Position numbers and translations under genes: made by a program | The notes under the pieces: generated by a model | The model's input: only the letters and a program-made list of their open reading frames with translations | Database searches by the model: none | What the model was told of the DNA's origin: nothing | From: a virus | DNA length: 64,000 nucleotides | Virus record (IMG/VR): IMGVR_UViG_2593339207_000001 | Strand: one strand, 5' to 3' | Shown: positions 47,234-57,190 of the stretch, in pieces | How the letters are laid out: each line of letters begins with the position of its first letter | How positions within the stretch are numbered: position 1 is the first letter of the stretch

Positions 47234-47553
47234 GCCGAAAGCGCCGAAAGGGGTTTCGGCGCTCGACGACCTTTCGGCATCCCCTTTCGGCATCACTAAA
47301 CAATAGAAGTATCAGTTAGTTATATATATTTTTCCGAAAGAGTAGAAAGATATGAGAATATTACTCTCGCATGGGCCAAAATTTTCTATACCCTGTTCCG
47401 AGAGGAGTATTGAAAAAAATACAAAGGAGGGGGAGTAATCTCTGAAACCTTTCGGCACTTTCGGCGCTTGCATCACAAATCCAACAAAAACATATAGTTG
47501 CACTGCCGAAAGGTACCCTTGGGACTTTCGGCAATGCCGAAACCCCTTTCGGT
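47234..47553. repeat. Putative replication origin: about 12 GCCGAAAG/CTTTCGGC iterons around AT-rich tracts
   Basis: Copies at 47234, 47243, 47253, 47271, 47284, 47334, 47449, 47458, 47505, 47525, 47536, 47546; next to the primase gene. Confidence 0.7.
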
Positions 47554-47650
47554 ATCTCCGATTTCGTAACGATTTTTCCAGCCAAAGGCCGTTTTGTAAT
47601 CGTTTTTCAAGCCGGATAACTGTTTTGCCAAAGGACCGCGTGGATATAAA

Positions 47651-47689
47651 CAAGAAAAGCCCGCAGAAATGAATCCACGGGCCGGGCTT
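47651..47689 (-). terminator. Possible terminator after the primase gene
   Basis: AAGCCCG/CGGGCTT stem followed on the minus strand by TTCTTGTTT; large loop. Confidence 0.4.
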
Positions 47690-47713
47690 GGGTGATGATA
47701 TGGGTGATGCGAT

Positions 47714-50700
47714 CTATTTTGCTGATTGAATCGTATAGAGTTTGGTTCCGCGATGGTTCTGCCCTATTTCAATCTCGAACCCTGCCCCCCGGATGGTCTC
47801 CAGATCATTCACCAGCCGCTGTGCGAATTGCCGGGATGAGTCCATCTCGAAACGCAGACCGAAATCCCGAGCAACTCGCTTGAGGGCCACGAACAGGTCC
47901 CGGGAAAGAACCTCCCGCAAACTTCCATCGTCTTCAAAGCGGATCTGATACCGTTGGACGAACTCCTGAAGAGGGTCCGTCCGGCGGTCTCCGTAAACAT
48001 CCCGCGCATTGGTTTCGGTCGCGGTGCGCCACGCGTTGAACAAGGTCGCCAGCGCCGTCGCCGTATGATTTGAATCCCGGGCCGTATCCCGGCTGGTCCG
48101 GTTGAGCGACTCGATCTGCCGGGCGAATGCCGGTGCCAGCTCTCCCAACCCCTGTTCCATCTCTTCACGGCTCGATCCGGCCAGCATCATCAGGTACATC
48201 AAGCTGAGATATTCGTTGCAGCGGCGCTTGTCGTGGCTCCCCAGTGCCTCGTGCAAAAGCTTCATGGCATGGCGTCTCATGCCGTCTCGCATCATCGCCA
48301 GCACCACCCGGGTCCGCTTAATGATGGCCGAAATGATGAGGTCGCGATGCTGCTGGATGCCTGCGACGACCTCGGATTCGATGAAACAGTCATTGCCCTG
48401 GTTGGCGACATCGAAGTTGATCACAAAACTGCGTGATTGGATCTCCGAAAGCTCCCCGCACAGTGGTTCGATGCCGGTGGTGTTCAGCAAGCATTTGGTC
48501 CGCTCGGTGATGGTCTCGCTGTCGGTGCCGCTCTTGCGTTTCTCCTTGGCGATGCCGGTGATGCTGGTCAGCATGAAGGTGGTCAGATCCTCGGTCATCT
48601 GCTTGACCTCGATGTTGTCGAGGACGATGAGCGGGTTCTGCGAGCCATCGGTGTAGTTCGCCGCGTCGGTGGCCTTCTTGTGCTGGGGCTCGCCGTAAAG
48701 CAGCGTCGACGTGATCTTGCTGGCGGTGGTCTTGCCCGATCCGGCCGAGCCCTCGAAGCGGGTCATGGGCCGCGTCCCGGCGAAGTCGATCAGCAGGAAA
48801 CAGGAGAGCCAGGAAAGGATGAGAAAGCGATCTCCCTGCGGACAGGTCATGTTGCCCACCAGCAGATCGACCAGGAGCCGGTCCGCCTCTTCGAGGTCGG
48901 CGTCGGGCAGGAATTTCAGCGGCTTCATCTTCCGCGAGCCGTCCAGGATGATGCCGTCCTCGTTGCCGCCGTTCTTCATGATCTGAATTTCGTCCGGGGT
49001 GATCTTGGCGATCTCGTGCTCCGGATTGTTCAGGTTGAAATAGACGGTGTAGGAAGCCACATCCGTGTGCAGCCAGGAAAAATGATCGCGCACCTGGCCA
49101 CGGATCATCGCCAGGCTTGGCAACACCTCGAAAAATGTCCGTCCGCCGTTGGAGGTCGGCACCATGCCCGTGTGCTTATAGAGCATGGCCGCGTAATGGC
49201 GCTTGCGGCCCCGGTCCGGCGAATCCATCCAGTAGATGGCGTTGTCGAAATACATGAACGGCTCGCCCTGCAGGGTGTGAAAGAACTGGGCACCGTTGGC
49301 GGTAAACCAGTCGTAGGCGGCCTCGGCGGCCAGTGTGTAGTCGGGAGCGCCGTTCTCCAGTTCCGTGTCGATTAGCACCTCGTCGACCCGGGCGCGGCAT
49401 GATCCGGGCATCGCGCCGGACATCCGCTTGGCCTTCTTCTTTTCGTTACGGAACTCGACCTTGCGGTCCTTCTGGATGGCGCGGATCTGCTCTTTCAGGG
49501 TGGCCATCGAAACGCCACCGCCGATGCGCTCCTGCACCAGCTTCAGCAGGCGGGACTGTTCCAGCGGCGACTGCTCGGAAATCTCCCCCAGGATCGGTTC
49601 GAGCAGGCGGTTGCGTTCCTCCTCTTCAGCGCCCTCGGGCAGCGAGCGCACGCCGAACTCGATGGGCGTGCTGGCTTCGGCGAGCAGACGTTCGAAATCT
49701 TCACGGGTATGCCCGGCGGCAATGTAATCGTTGACGTCGATCTTGGCGGTGGCGAGAAGCGCCTCGGCCGACTTGATTTCCTCGGCGGGCCGTCCAGCCA
49801 GCAGCTTGGCCAGTTCCTTCGGCCCCACGCTCGCCGTCAGGCTGAACTGTTCGGTCAGCTCCTGCCGGGCCGAGATCTGTGTCTCCGACAAAGGCAGCGT
49901 CACCAGGCGGGTGTCGATCTTGTGTTCGGCCAGGGTACGAGCGGTTTGCAGCGCCCCTTTGAGACCGGCCTGGGAGAGTTCGTTGTCCTGGCAGATGTAG
50001 ACGGTTTCGACGCCGCGCAGTTTGGGGATCAGGCGCTCCCAATCGGCGGCCCGGATGCGGACGGTGACCGGCGATACGGTGGGCAGGCCCAGTTGCATCA
50101 GCGCCAGGCAATCGGTCACCCCCTCGGTGATGATCACCTTGCCGGGCCTGGCCAGCAGGCAGTCCTCGTTGAACAGCAGCGCGTTGTTGATGAAATCGGC
50201 GACGTAGGGCCGCTGGTGTTCGTCGTGAACCGGCAGTTTCTTGTATTTCCCTTGCTCCCAGCCCACGTCCGGGGTCCACGGCGTCTTGCGGCCGATCATG
50301 AACACCACCCGGCCACGGCTCCAGTAGGGAAAGACGATCCGGCGCTCGAAAAATGGCGTCAGGCCGTCCTGGCTGGTGGGACGGAAAGCGCCGGTCGCGG
50401 CGAGCTCCCGCTTGGAAAAGCCGTCTTCTCCCCCGGTCAGTTGGGCGACCGCGCCGGACGCGTTGTCCGCGTAGCCGATCAGGAGATCGTCGATGGTCTC
50501 CTCGCTCAGGGCGTATTTGGATTTCAGCCAGTCGAGGACCTCCGGCGACTCTTTGAGTCTGGCGTGGTAAAGCCTGGCCAGCGAGGTCAGCGCGTCCTTG
50601 ACCCGCAGTTCGAAGGCGCGGTCGGCCTCCGTCTGGGCCAGACGCTCCTGGCTGAGGCCATAGCGCGACAGCGGCGGCAAGCCCGCCTTCTTGGCGAGAT

Positions 50701-51016
50701 AGTCCCGGGCCTGACGGTGGCTGTCCGGCATCGGACCGGATTGCCCGGCGGTGACCGAGCCCGTCTGAATGAACTCAACGAGCTGCAGCACATCACCGCC
50801 GACTCCGCAGCCGAAGCAGTACCAGCCCTGCTTGTCGAGCATCACGTGCAGCGACAGACGCGACTGGCTCTGATGGTTGGGGCAGTCGCACATCAAGCGC
50901 TGGCCGGTCTCCTGGGTGATCCGTCCCGGCAGGAGTTCCCGGGCCACGTCACCGATGTCCATCTCGGTGACGTGCCGGTAATACTCCCTGACGTTATCCG
51001 TTCCGCCCATACTCAT
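47714..51016 (-). CDS. DNA primase (CHC2 zinc finger + Toprim) fused to a P-loop helicase domain
   Basis: CPNH...WYCFGC; TEGVTDC and CQDNE Toprim motifs; GSAGSGKTT. Confidence 0.9.
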   Translation of the reverse strand: MSMGGTDNVREYYRHVTEMDIGDVARELLPGRITQETGQRLMCDCPNHQSQSRLSLHVMLDKQGWYCFGCGVGGDVLQLVEFIQTGSVTAGQSGPMPDSHRQARDYLAKKAGLPPLSRYGLSQERLAQTEADRAFELRVKDALTSLARLYHARLKESPEVLDWLKSKYALSEETIDDLLIGYADNASGAVAQLTGGEDGFSKRELAATGAFRPTSQDGLTPFFERRIVFPYWSRGRVVFMIGRKTPWTPDVGWEQGKYKKLPVHDEHQRPYVADFINNALLFNEDCLLARPGKVIITEGVTDCLALMQLGLPTVSPVTVRIRAADWERLIPKLRGVETVYICQDNELSQAGLKGALQTARTLAEHKIDTRLVTLPLSETQISARQELTEQFSLTASVGPKELAKLLAGRPAEEIKSAEALLATAKIDVNDYIAAGHTREDFERLLAEASTPIEFGVRSLPEGAEEEERNRLLEPILGEISEQSPLEQSRLLKLVQERIGGGVSMATLKEQIRAIQKDRKVEFRNEKKKAKRMSGAMPGSCRARVDEVLIDTELENGAPDYTLAAEAAYDWFTANGAQFFHTLQGEPFMYFDNAIYWMDSPDRGRKRHYAAMLYKHTGMVPTSNGGRTFFEVLPSLAMIRGQVRDHFSWLHTDVASYTVYFNLNNPEHEIAKITPDEIQIMKNGGNEDGIILDGSRKMKPLKFLPDADLEEADRLLVDLLVGNMTCPQGDRFLILSWLSCFLLIDFAGTRPMTRFEGSAGSGKTTASKITSTLLYGEPQHKKATDAANYTDGSQNPLIVLDNIEVKQMTEDLTTFMLTSITGIAKEKRKSGTDSETITERTKCLLNTTGIEPLCGELSEIQSRSFVINFDVANQGNDCFIESEVVAGIQQHRDLIISAIIKRTRVVLAMMRDGMRRHAMKLLHEALGSHDKRRCNEYLSLMYLMMLAGSSREEMEQGLGELAPAFARQIESLNRTSRDTARDSNHTATALATLFNAWRTATETNARDVYGDRRTDPLQEFVQRYQIRFEDDGSLREVLSRDLFVALKRVARDFGLRFEMDSSRQFAQRLVNDLETIRGAGFEIEIGQNHRGTKLYTIQSAK

Positions 51017-53241
51017 TCGGCCTCCGCGACACGGGCGAAATCGGCCTCCGCGTGCTGGGCGGCGTCCAGAAACAGGGGCAGAAAGGTCCGACGGTCATCC
51101 ACCTGGCAACGCTTGGCGCAGTTTTGGATGCCCCAATGGTCGCCCAGGACAATGGCGGTGCGCCGGGCGCGGGTCACCCCGGTGTAGAGCAGATTACGGT
51201 GGTGCATGAAGGAATGCGCCTTGTGGACCACCACCACGGCGCAGGGGAATTCGGACCCCTGGGTTTTGTGGATGGTGAGCGCATAGGCGAGCTGCAGGTC
51301 CTGAAGGTCGGGCGAACCCTTTTCCATCTCCACGGGCATGCCGTCGAAGTCGATGACCAGGGTGCCGTTCGCGAGGACATCGACCACATAGCCGATGGCA
51401 CCGTTCATCACATTCAGGTCGTAATTGTTCCGGGTCTGGATGACCTTGTCGTGTTTGAGAAACGGAGCGCGGCGGCCCATAGCGACCGGCGGTACCTCGG
51501 CGTTCCAGAGCTTGCGCTGGATGAGCCGCTGCAGTTCCTCGTTCAGTTCCTTGGTGCCGAGCGGCCCCTTGTGGGTCGGCGTCAGCACCTGCACGTCCTT
51601 GATGATGTCGAACCCCAGGGCGTCGAGCCGCTCCTGAAACAACTCCAGCAGGAACGAGCGTGCCGCCATCGGATCTGTGAACTGATCCACCAGATACCAA
51701 TCCCGGCATCCAGATACCGACGCCTCGCTGGTCTTGCGCACTTCGCCCTTGAGAACGGCGGTGCAGTTCTCCTTGAGGACGCCCGCCTGGCGCACGACCT
51801 TGTCGAGGATGACCGTGGGGATGGCGCGTGTCTGGATCAGATCGCGCAGGATGTTCCCTGGTCCCACCGGCGGAAGCTGGTTGTGGTCCCCGACCAGCAG
51901 CACCGTGGTCCGCGACAGGTCGACCGCCTCGAACAAGTGCCAGGCCAGGGGCACGTCCACCATCGAAAACTCGTCGACCACCAAGACGTCGGCATCGATG
52001 GGATTCTCCTTGCTGCGCGAGAAACCCTTGCCGTCATAGCCGAGCAGGCGGTGAATGGTGGTGCCGCTACGGCCGCTGACTTCCTCCAGGCGCTTGGCGG
52101 CCTTGCCGGTCGGCGCGGCGAGCACGACCTCCAGGTCGCTCTCCTCGCAGATAGTGTTGATGACCGAAATGGTGTAGCTCTTGCCCGAACCGGCTCCACC
52201 CGAAATCAGGCTGATGCTGTGGTGGAGGGCCGAGTGCACCGCTTCGAGCTGCTTCTCGTTCAGCGTTGATGCGCAGCGCCGAATCAGGGCATCGAGTTTC
52301 TTGACGGACTGGAAATGCGGGTTGGGTGTTTCGGCTTGGCCGAACAACGAGGCCAGCTCCCGCTCCATGCGGACGATCTCGGGCAGAGCGACCACGAAAC
52401 GCCCGCCGTGGGAATCGCAGGCAAGCGCCTGTTCTTCGATGAGCGCGTCGAGGGCGCTCTCGATACGAACCCGGCTATCCAGGGCATCCATGACCAGCAG
52501 CAAATTGGCCTGGTCCACCAGATCCTCGTATTCGATCCAGCAGTGACCATTGTCCAGGGCTTCACGGACGCAGAAATTCAACCCAGCGCGGATGCGAGGG
52601 GTATGGTCCTTGGGGGTACCCAGCTTGCGGGCGATCTTGTCGACCTTCTTGAAGCCGAATCCCCGGATCTCCCGAATGAGGATGTACGGGTCTTCCTTCA
52701 GGATATCGAGGCAGTTGCCGCCGAGTCTTTCGACCAGGGTGGTGACCTGATGATGGGTCAGGCCGAATGCCGACAGCCAGGCCATGACGGTGTTAACGCT
52801 ACGGTTCTTCAACCATTCGTCACGCAACCGCCGGGCCGCTTCCAGGGGCAGTCGAGCCTTGAGCGCAATGCGCTCGGGGTCGTTCAGAAGGGTTTCTTCA
52901 AAGGCGTCGCCGAAACTCTCGACGATCAATCTGGCCTTGGCCGGACCAATGCCCTTGATCTCCGGATGGTTGGCCAGATAGTGGATCAGCCCCTCCGGAT
53001 CGAGTTCGAGGTCGTGCTCCATCCCGTCGACCTTGAACTGACGGCCGTATTTGGGATGGGTGGCCCACGACCCGAGCAGGACCACAGGCTGATTTTCCCG
53101 GGCGAACAAATTGCCCGCGAACTGGACTTCCTCACCGGTCGGGGTAAGCAGTCGCCCTGCGGAAAACTTGGGTCCGGCATAGTAAACGCGCTCTATTCTT
53201 CCCCGGAGTCGCGCCGGGTTACTCTCATTTCTTTTTGGCAT
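51013..53241 (-). CDS. RecD2-like SF1B helicase
   Basis: HhH IKGIG, GGAGSGKS, APTGKAA, VDEFSM, LAYALTIHKTQGSEF, YTGVTRA. Confidence 0.93.
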   Translation of the reverse strand: MPKRNESNPARLRGRIERVYYAGPKFSAGRLLTPTGEEVQFAGNLFARENQPVVLLGSWATHPKYGRQFKVDGMEHDLELDPEGLIHYLANHPEIKGIGPAKARLIVESFGDAFEETLLNDPERIALKARLPLEAARRLRDEWLKNRSVNTVMAWLSAFGLTHHQVTTLVERLGGNCLDILKEDPYILIREIRGFGFKKVDKIARKLGTPKDHTPRIRAGLNFCVREALDNGHCWIEYEDLVDQANLLLVMDALDSRVRIESALDALIEEQALACDSHGGRFVVALPEIVRMERELASLFGQAETPNPHFQSVKKLDALIRRCASTLNEKQLEAVHSALHHSISLISGGAGSGKSYTISVINTICEESDLEVVLAAPTGKAAKRLEEVSGRSGTTIHRLLGYDGKGFSRSKENPIDADVLVVDEFSMVDVPLAWHLFEAVDLSRTTVLLVGDHNQLPPVGPGNILRDLIQTRAIPTVILDKVVRQAGVLKENCTAVLKGEVRKTSEASVSGCRDWYLVDQFTDPMAARSFLLELFQERLDALGFDIIKDVQVLTPTHKGPLGTKELNEELQRLIQRKLWNAEVPPVAMGRRAPFLKHDKVIQTRNNYDLNVMNGAIGYVVDVLANGTLVIDFDGMPVEMEKGSPDLQDLQLAYALTIHKTQGSEFPCAVVVVHKAHSFMHHRNLLYTGVTRARRTAIVLGDHWGIQNCAKRCQVDDRRTFLPLFLDAAQHAEADFARVAEAE

Positions 53242-53675
53242 TTCGCGATCCTCCGGTGAAAACGTGTCAGGTACTCCTCGACAAAACGGCAGGCGGCCTG
53301 CCGGTCCGAGCAGAAGTAGACTGGGACACCGAAGTCGACGACGATGGAGGCGACCGTTCCGATCAGCGCGTGCGGGTGGGCATCGCTGCGGTAGCGGCCA
53401 TCGACCAGATCGCGAAAGTTGCACTCGACAACCACGCAGGCGGCTTCATAGGCGGAGAGCTTTTCCAGCTCGCGGTGGAACCGCTTTCGGCCCCGGATGA
53501 CGGTGGAGACGAAATCCGTCAGGGATTTGCGCTCCACCGCCACCCGTTCCTCGAGGCCAACCAGCGAGTAATCACCGACGGGCAGCGCCTTGCGAACCGC
53601 CGAAACCTTGTCGCAATCGAAGCTGTAGGGCTCCTGTTCGCGGGTGTCGACGACAACGGTGATCCGGTCCATCAT
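53193..53675 (-). CDS. ERCC4-domain nuclease
   Basis: VVDTREQ...LPVGDY...VERKS. Confidence 0.92.
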   Translation of the reverse strand: MMDRITVVVDTREQEPYSFDCDKVSAVRKALPVGDYSLVGLEERVAVERKSLTDFVSTVIRGRKRFHRELEKLSAYEAACVVVECNFRDLVDGRYRSDAHPHALIGTVASIVVDFGVPVYFCSDRQAACRFVEEYLTRFHRRIAKCQKEMRVTRRDSGEE

Positions 53676-54148
53676 CAGAACGGGATCATGTCGTCCATCG
53701 CCGCGCCGGGAGCCCCGGCATCGTCGGCCATGACAATGCGACGGTTGAAGTAGATGTTCTCGTTTTCACCGCGAGTGCGTTTGGTCACCTCCAGCTTGAT
53801 GTTGAGAAGCTGCTCGAGGTGGCCCGGCAGGTCGGAGAGCTTCTGAAGCTGCAGCCCGCAGGTGTAGAGGTCCTGCTTGAGCCACTTGATGTTCTCGTTG
53901 CTGGCCATGACGTTGTTGCGCCAGAGCAGACGGCCCTTGTGGGTCGGAGCGAGAATGCGCAGGGTCCACTTGAGCATGGGGTTGCCCGAAGTCTGGGCGC
54001 GGGTCAGTTCGACCCGGTCGACGTTGACCTGGTACTTGCCGTCGGGGACGGCCTCGAACTCGCGTTCCTCGACTTCGGCGGTTTCAAAGGCGTCGTCGAA
54101 CTGCGCCAGGTCGAGGTTGCTGCTGGATTGGTTTTCGTAGTGTTCCAT
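53675..54148 (-). CDS. DUF669 single-stranded DNA-binding-like protein
   Basis: VPDGKYQV...TSGNPMLKWTL; acidic DDMIPF tail. Confidence 0.85.
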   Translation of the reverse strand: MEHYENQSSSNLDLAQFDDAFETAEVEEREFEAVPDGKYQVNVDRVELTRAQTSGNPMLKWTLRILAPTHKGRLLWRNNVMASNENIKWLKQDLYTCGLQLQKLSDLPGHLEQLLNIKLEVTKRTRGENENIYFNRRIVMADDAGAPGAAMDDMIPF

Positions 54149-54160
54149 GGTCGGATCTCC

Positions 54161-54931
54161 TTACTGTTGAGGTTTCGCCGCCGCACTCGCGGTCGGCTCC
54201 GGCTTCGGCCGGGCGGCACTCGCCGCAGCTCCGGCTGCCGTGTTGTTGAAGGCTTTAACGAAGCTCGAAAAATCGAGGGGGATGACTTCGGGGAGTCGGC
54301 CGGTGCGGTCACCGGCGTCGTAGTTGGGACTGGGCTTGGTGCGCATCACGCGCTGCCAGACCGGCTTGCCGTCATCGCCGGTTTTCATGTCCAGATCGCA
54401 GAACAGGATCAGATCCACCAGGCCGGTGACCAGCTTCCGCGCCTTTTCCGGCAGCGTCGGCACGATGCGGGTGTGTTTGCCGGTCCGGGTCTCGATGTCC
54501 CGCTCCTGGGAGTGGGAAATCAGGATCAGCCCGTAGGGCAGGAAGGCCAGCTTGTTGATGACGCGCTGGAACTCGTTGTTGATCAGCGCGTAGCCCTTGC
54601 CGTAGCCCAGGTCAGATTCGTGCTCGATCTTGAATTTCTTGCAGACGTAGTCCGAGCACATCTTGTAGGCGTTATCCACCGTATCGACGACGATGGTCTT
54701 GAACTCGTGCTTGCCCTCGGCGATTTCGGCACAGGCCTGCAGAAGGTCGTCCCAGCAGGTGATCGGGGTCTGGAACACCTCCAGGGCATTCAGGCCCGGC
54801 TCGGTCGCCAGGAACAGTGCGTCATCGGCCTTGGAGCACCAGGTGCTCTTGCCGATCTTGCTCGGGCCGTACACCAGGGCGGTGAGATCCGAGAGCGTGT
54901 GTTTGGGTTTGCTTTTGGTCTTGGGAAGCAT
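54161..54931 (-). CDS. AAA_24 (Sak4-like) ATPase
   Basis: YGPSKIGKST, TIVVDTVD, LISHSQ. Confidence 0.9.
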   Translation of the reverse strand: MLPKTKSKPKHTLSDLTALVYGPSKIGKSTWCSKADDALFLATEPGLNALEVFQTPITCWDDLLQACAEIAEGKHEFKTIVVDTVDNAYKMCSDYVCKKFKIEHESDLGYGKGYALINNEFQRVINKLAFLPYGLILISHSQERDIETRTGKHTRIVPTLPEKARKLVTGLVDLILFCDLDMKTGDDGKPVWQRVMRTKPSPNYDAGDRTGRLPEVIPLDFSSFVKAFNNTAAGAAASAARPKPEPTASAAAKPQQ

Positions 54932-54957
54932 GGCTTCGTCTCCTTATGGTTGGGATT

Positions 54958-55974
54958 TCAGAACACCGGAGCGGCGTCTTCACCGGCTCCGTCCCGCAGC
55001 TCTTCGTGCGGGGCGATCCGTTGGAAATGGTTTTCGATGACGTTGGGGTTGCCGCCCGAGCGGCAGAGCTGGAAGTAGGCGCAGGGCCTTCCGTACTGGA
55101 AGCAGTAGCTGGTGTTGCGGTAGAAGATGTTGCGCCGACGGGCGTCGAGCATGGCCTTGGAGAGTTCCCACAGCTCCGCCCGCAGTTCCTCGAACTGGTC
55201 GCGGGAGATGTAGAGCACCTCGCGGTGGAACATGCCCGGCTCGAGGTACTTCTCCTGGAGCCGTTGCTGGAAGGTGTCGTCGTCCTCCGGCAACTTGCGC
55301 TTGGCGCTGCTCTTGCCGGTTTTCGACTTGGCGATCAGCTCCGCCCGGCGGGCCTCGAATTCGGCTTCGGTCTCACCCTTTCCCTGGCGCAACTTGGCCT
55401 TGACCAGGACGTTGTAGATGATGCCGCTGACCGTGATGCCGAGGGTCTGCTCCAGGTACCAGGCGTAGAGGATGATCTGGAAATCGGTCCACAGCCGCTC
55501 CAGGTAGCTGGCGTCGATCTGCGAGGCGGTTTTGTGTTCCAGCAGGAAATACTGGCCATCCTGACGGACGATGCCGTCCACCTTCCCGGCGAGAATAAAA
55601 CTGCGTGAGGTCGCCCCGGTCGCCGGGTTGACGATGGGACCTTCGAAGGTCTTTTCGAGCGCGACGACCTCGAACGCTTCGGCCGGGTAGTGTTCCGCAT
55701 AGGCGCTCATCATGGCCCGGGCGAGATGCCAGTCGGCCTGTTGATGATCGTCCTGCGCCCGGTTTGGATAGGTCCGGTCGATGTGGTCGAGGACCTTGGC
55801 CAGCTCCCGCTCGCTGTGCCAGCACTCCAGGCAGTCGTGGATGACCGAGCCGAAGGCCAGATTGGGGTCGCGCTCGAGCGGCACCAGCTCGTCGATATAG
55901 CGCCACTTGCAGGCCATGCGGCAGTTGCGGAACAGCCGCCACATGGAATAGGTGGTGGTCATCAGCTCGCTCAT
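54958..55974 (-). CDS. PD-(D/E)XK Cas4-like exonuclease
   Basis: CRMACKW, GSVIH, GKVDG, LLEHKT, CFQYGRPCAYFQLC. Confidence 0.9.
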   Translation of the reverse strand: MSELMTTTYSMWRLFRNCRMACKWRYIDELVPLERDPNLAFGSVIHDCLECWHSERELAKVLDHIDRTYPNRAQDDHQQADWHLARAMMSAYAEHYPAEAFEVVALEKTFEGPIVNPATGATSRSFILAGKVDGIVRQDGQYFLLEHKTASQIDASYLERLWTDFQIILYAWYLEQTLGITVSGIIYNVLVKAKLRQGKGETEAEFEARRAELIAKSKTGKSSAKRKLPEDDDTFQQRLQEKYLEPGMFHREVLYISRDQFEELRAELWELSKAMLDARRRNIFYRNTSYCFQYGRPCAYFQLCRSGGNPNVIENHFQRIAPHEELRDGAGEDAAPVF

Positions 55975-56306
55975 ACCGCCACCCCCGCTTCGGCGGCGGG
56001 CGCTACGCGATGCTTGGAGGCACAGGCGCAACCCGACGGTTGGGATCGTTCGATCAGGACCGAGCGTTCACCGTATTCCTTGGTGGCGAAGCCAGTGAAG
56101 ATGCGGGCAAGGTCACTGCCGACATCGGTGGAGGCGTCGATCACGCAGGTACGTCGGGCCTTGTCCAAATTGAACCGGCTCTCCATCCGCACACGGGAAC
56201 GGCCATGCAGGCTTTCGACGGCCAGCATCGCCAGCATGAAAGTGTCTTCCAGTTCCTGGGCCGGGACCGACTCGTCAAAACGGTACTTGTAAGTGTCGTG
56301 AGTCAT
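55971..56306 (-). CDS. Hypothetical protein, first gene of the replication operon
   Basis: MTHDTYKYRF with GAGGAG RBS after a class-1 motif. Confidence 0.75.
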   Translation of the reverse strand: MTHDTYKYRFDESVPAQELEDTFMLAMLAVESLHGRSRVRMESRFNLDKARRTCVIDASTDVGSDLARIFTGFATKEYGERSVLIERSQPSGCACASKHRVAPAAEAGVAV

Positions 56307-56376
56307 GGTTGAACTCCTCTTTTGTTCAGGTTCTGATTTCCGAGGCCCCGGATAGCCGCACCATGCGGCACGGTGC

Positions 56377-56408
56377 TTACTTACCGGAGGCGGAGCCGAT
56401 GCGTCGGA
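56377..56408 (-). promoter_or_regulatory. Class-1 promoter-like motif directly after the sigma gene
   Basis: TCCGACG-N13-TCCGGTAAGTAA. Confidence 0.8.
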
Positions 56409-56410
56409 GA

Positions 56411-56995
56411 TCACAGGTAGTCCTCGAGCCCGGCCTCGCGGAATGCGTCCCTCAGCTTGCTCAGCCGGTCGTAGAGGGTGGTTCTGGGAATGCCCATCTC
56501 CCGGGCGACTTCGGCCATGGTGCTGTCGTGCAGACGCAAGCACAGATCCCGGAGCTCTTCCGGCAGCGAGGCGATGGCCTGGCCGAGATCCATGCGGATC
56601 TCATGGGCGAGACGCTCTCTTGTTTCGCGGGTGCCGCTTCCCAGAGAGCCTTCGCTATCCAGGAAGTCGATCCGCTCGGCGGTGTCGCCTTCGCCGTTGT
56701 CGAGGGGTTCGTTGAGTGAGGTTTGGCAGAGCCGCCAGTCCCGGCATTGGGCGAACCGTGCCTCCAGGATGGTGGAGATGTGACGTTCGACGATCCGGGC
56801 CATGAAGGTGGTCTTCTTGGCCTTGGCGGGATTGAAATGCCGCATCCGCTGCAGCAGATCGATCATCAGTTCCTGTTCGAGGTCGGGTCTGTCGTCCTCG
56901 GTGAATCCGGCCTTGCCTACGAGTTGACGTGCTTTGTGCCGAATGAGGTCGGCGGCATACTTGTCGATGCCGTCGTAAGAATTCTGTGAAACCAT
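56411..56995 (-). CDS. Phage sigma-70 family (ECF-like) sigma factor
   Basis: DLEQEL...FNPAKAKKTTF region 2; region 4 HTH STMAEVAREMGIPRTTLY. Confidence 0.88.
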   Translation of the reverse strand: MVSQNSYDGIDKYAADLIRHKARQLVGKAGFTEDDRPDLEQELMIDLLQRMRHFNPAKAKKTTFMARIVERHISTILEARFAQCRDWRLCQTSLNEPLDNGEGDTAERIDFLDSEGSLGSGTRETRERLAHEIRMDLGQAIASLPEELRDLCLRLHDSTMAEVAREMGIPRTTLYDRLSKLRDAFREAGLEDYL

Positions 56996-57000
56996 CGGGG

Positions 57001-57128
57001 CCTCCTCGGAGCGAGGAGGAGGTCCGCGTGGGTGTCGGCACGGGCCAGATCACAGGACAAAGCTGTCGCGTGGGCGAAGGGGTCGCAGGTACGCCGCCAA
57101 TTGCCGTATTCGGCTCGGCGACACCCAC
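57001..57128 (-). promoter_or_regulatory. Structured 5' leader of the sigma gene with SD-sequestering hairpin
   Basis: CCTCCTCG-CTC-CGAGGAGG covers the SD; 10-bp long-range stem GTGGGTGTCG/CGACACCCAC. Confidence 0.6.
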
Positions 57129-57190
57129 AACAGCCTCCGCCATGCGTCCAGCTTGTTGTCCAGTGTCTAAGGGTTCAGGTCGTTACGTGT

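Noticed and set aside
47312-47653. Short ORFs in the AT-rich origin region
   Set aside because: Low-complexity translations of the iteron region
54958-55974. CRISPR-associated Cas4
   Set aside because: Sits with Sak4-like, DUF669 and ERCC4 genes, a standard phage recombination module; no Cas1/Cas2
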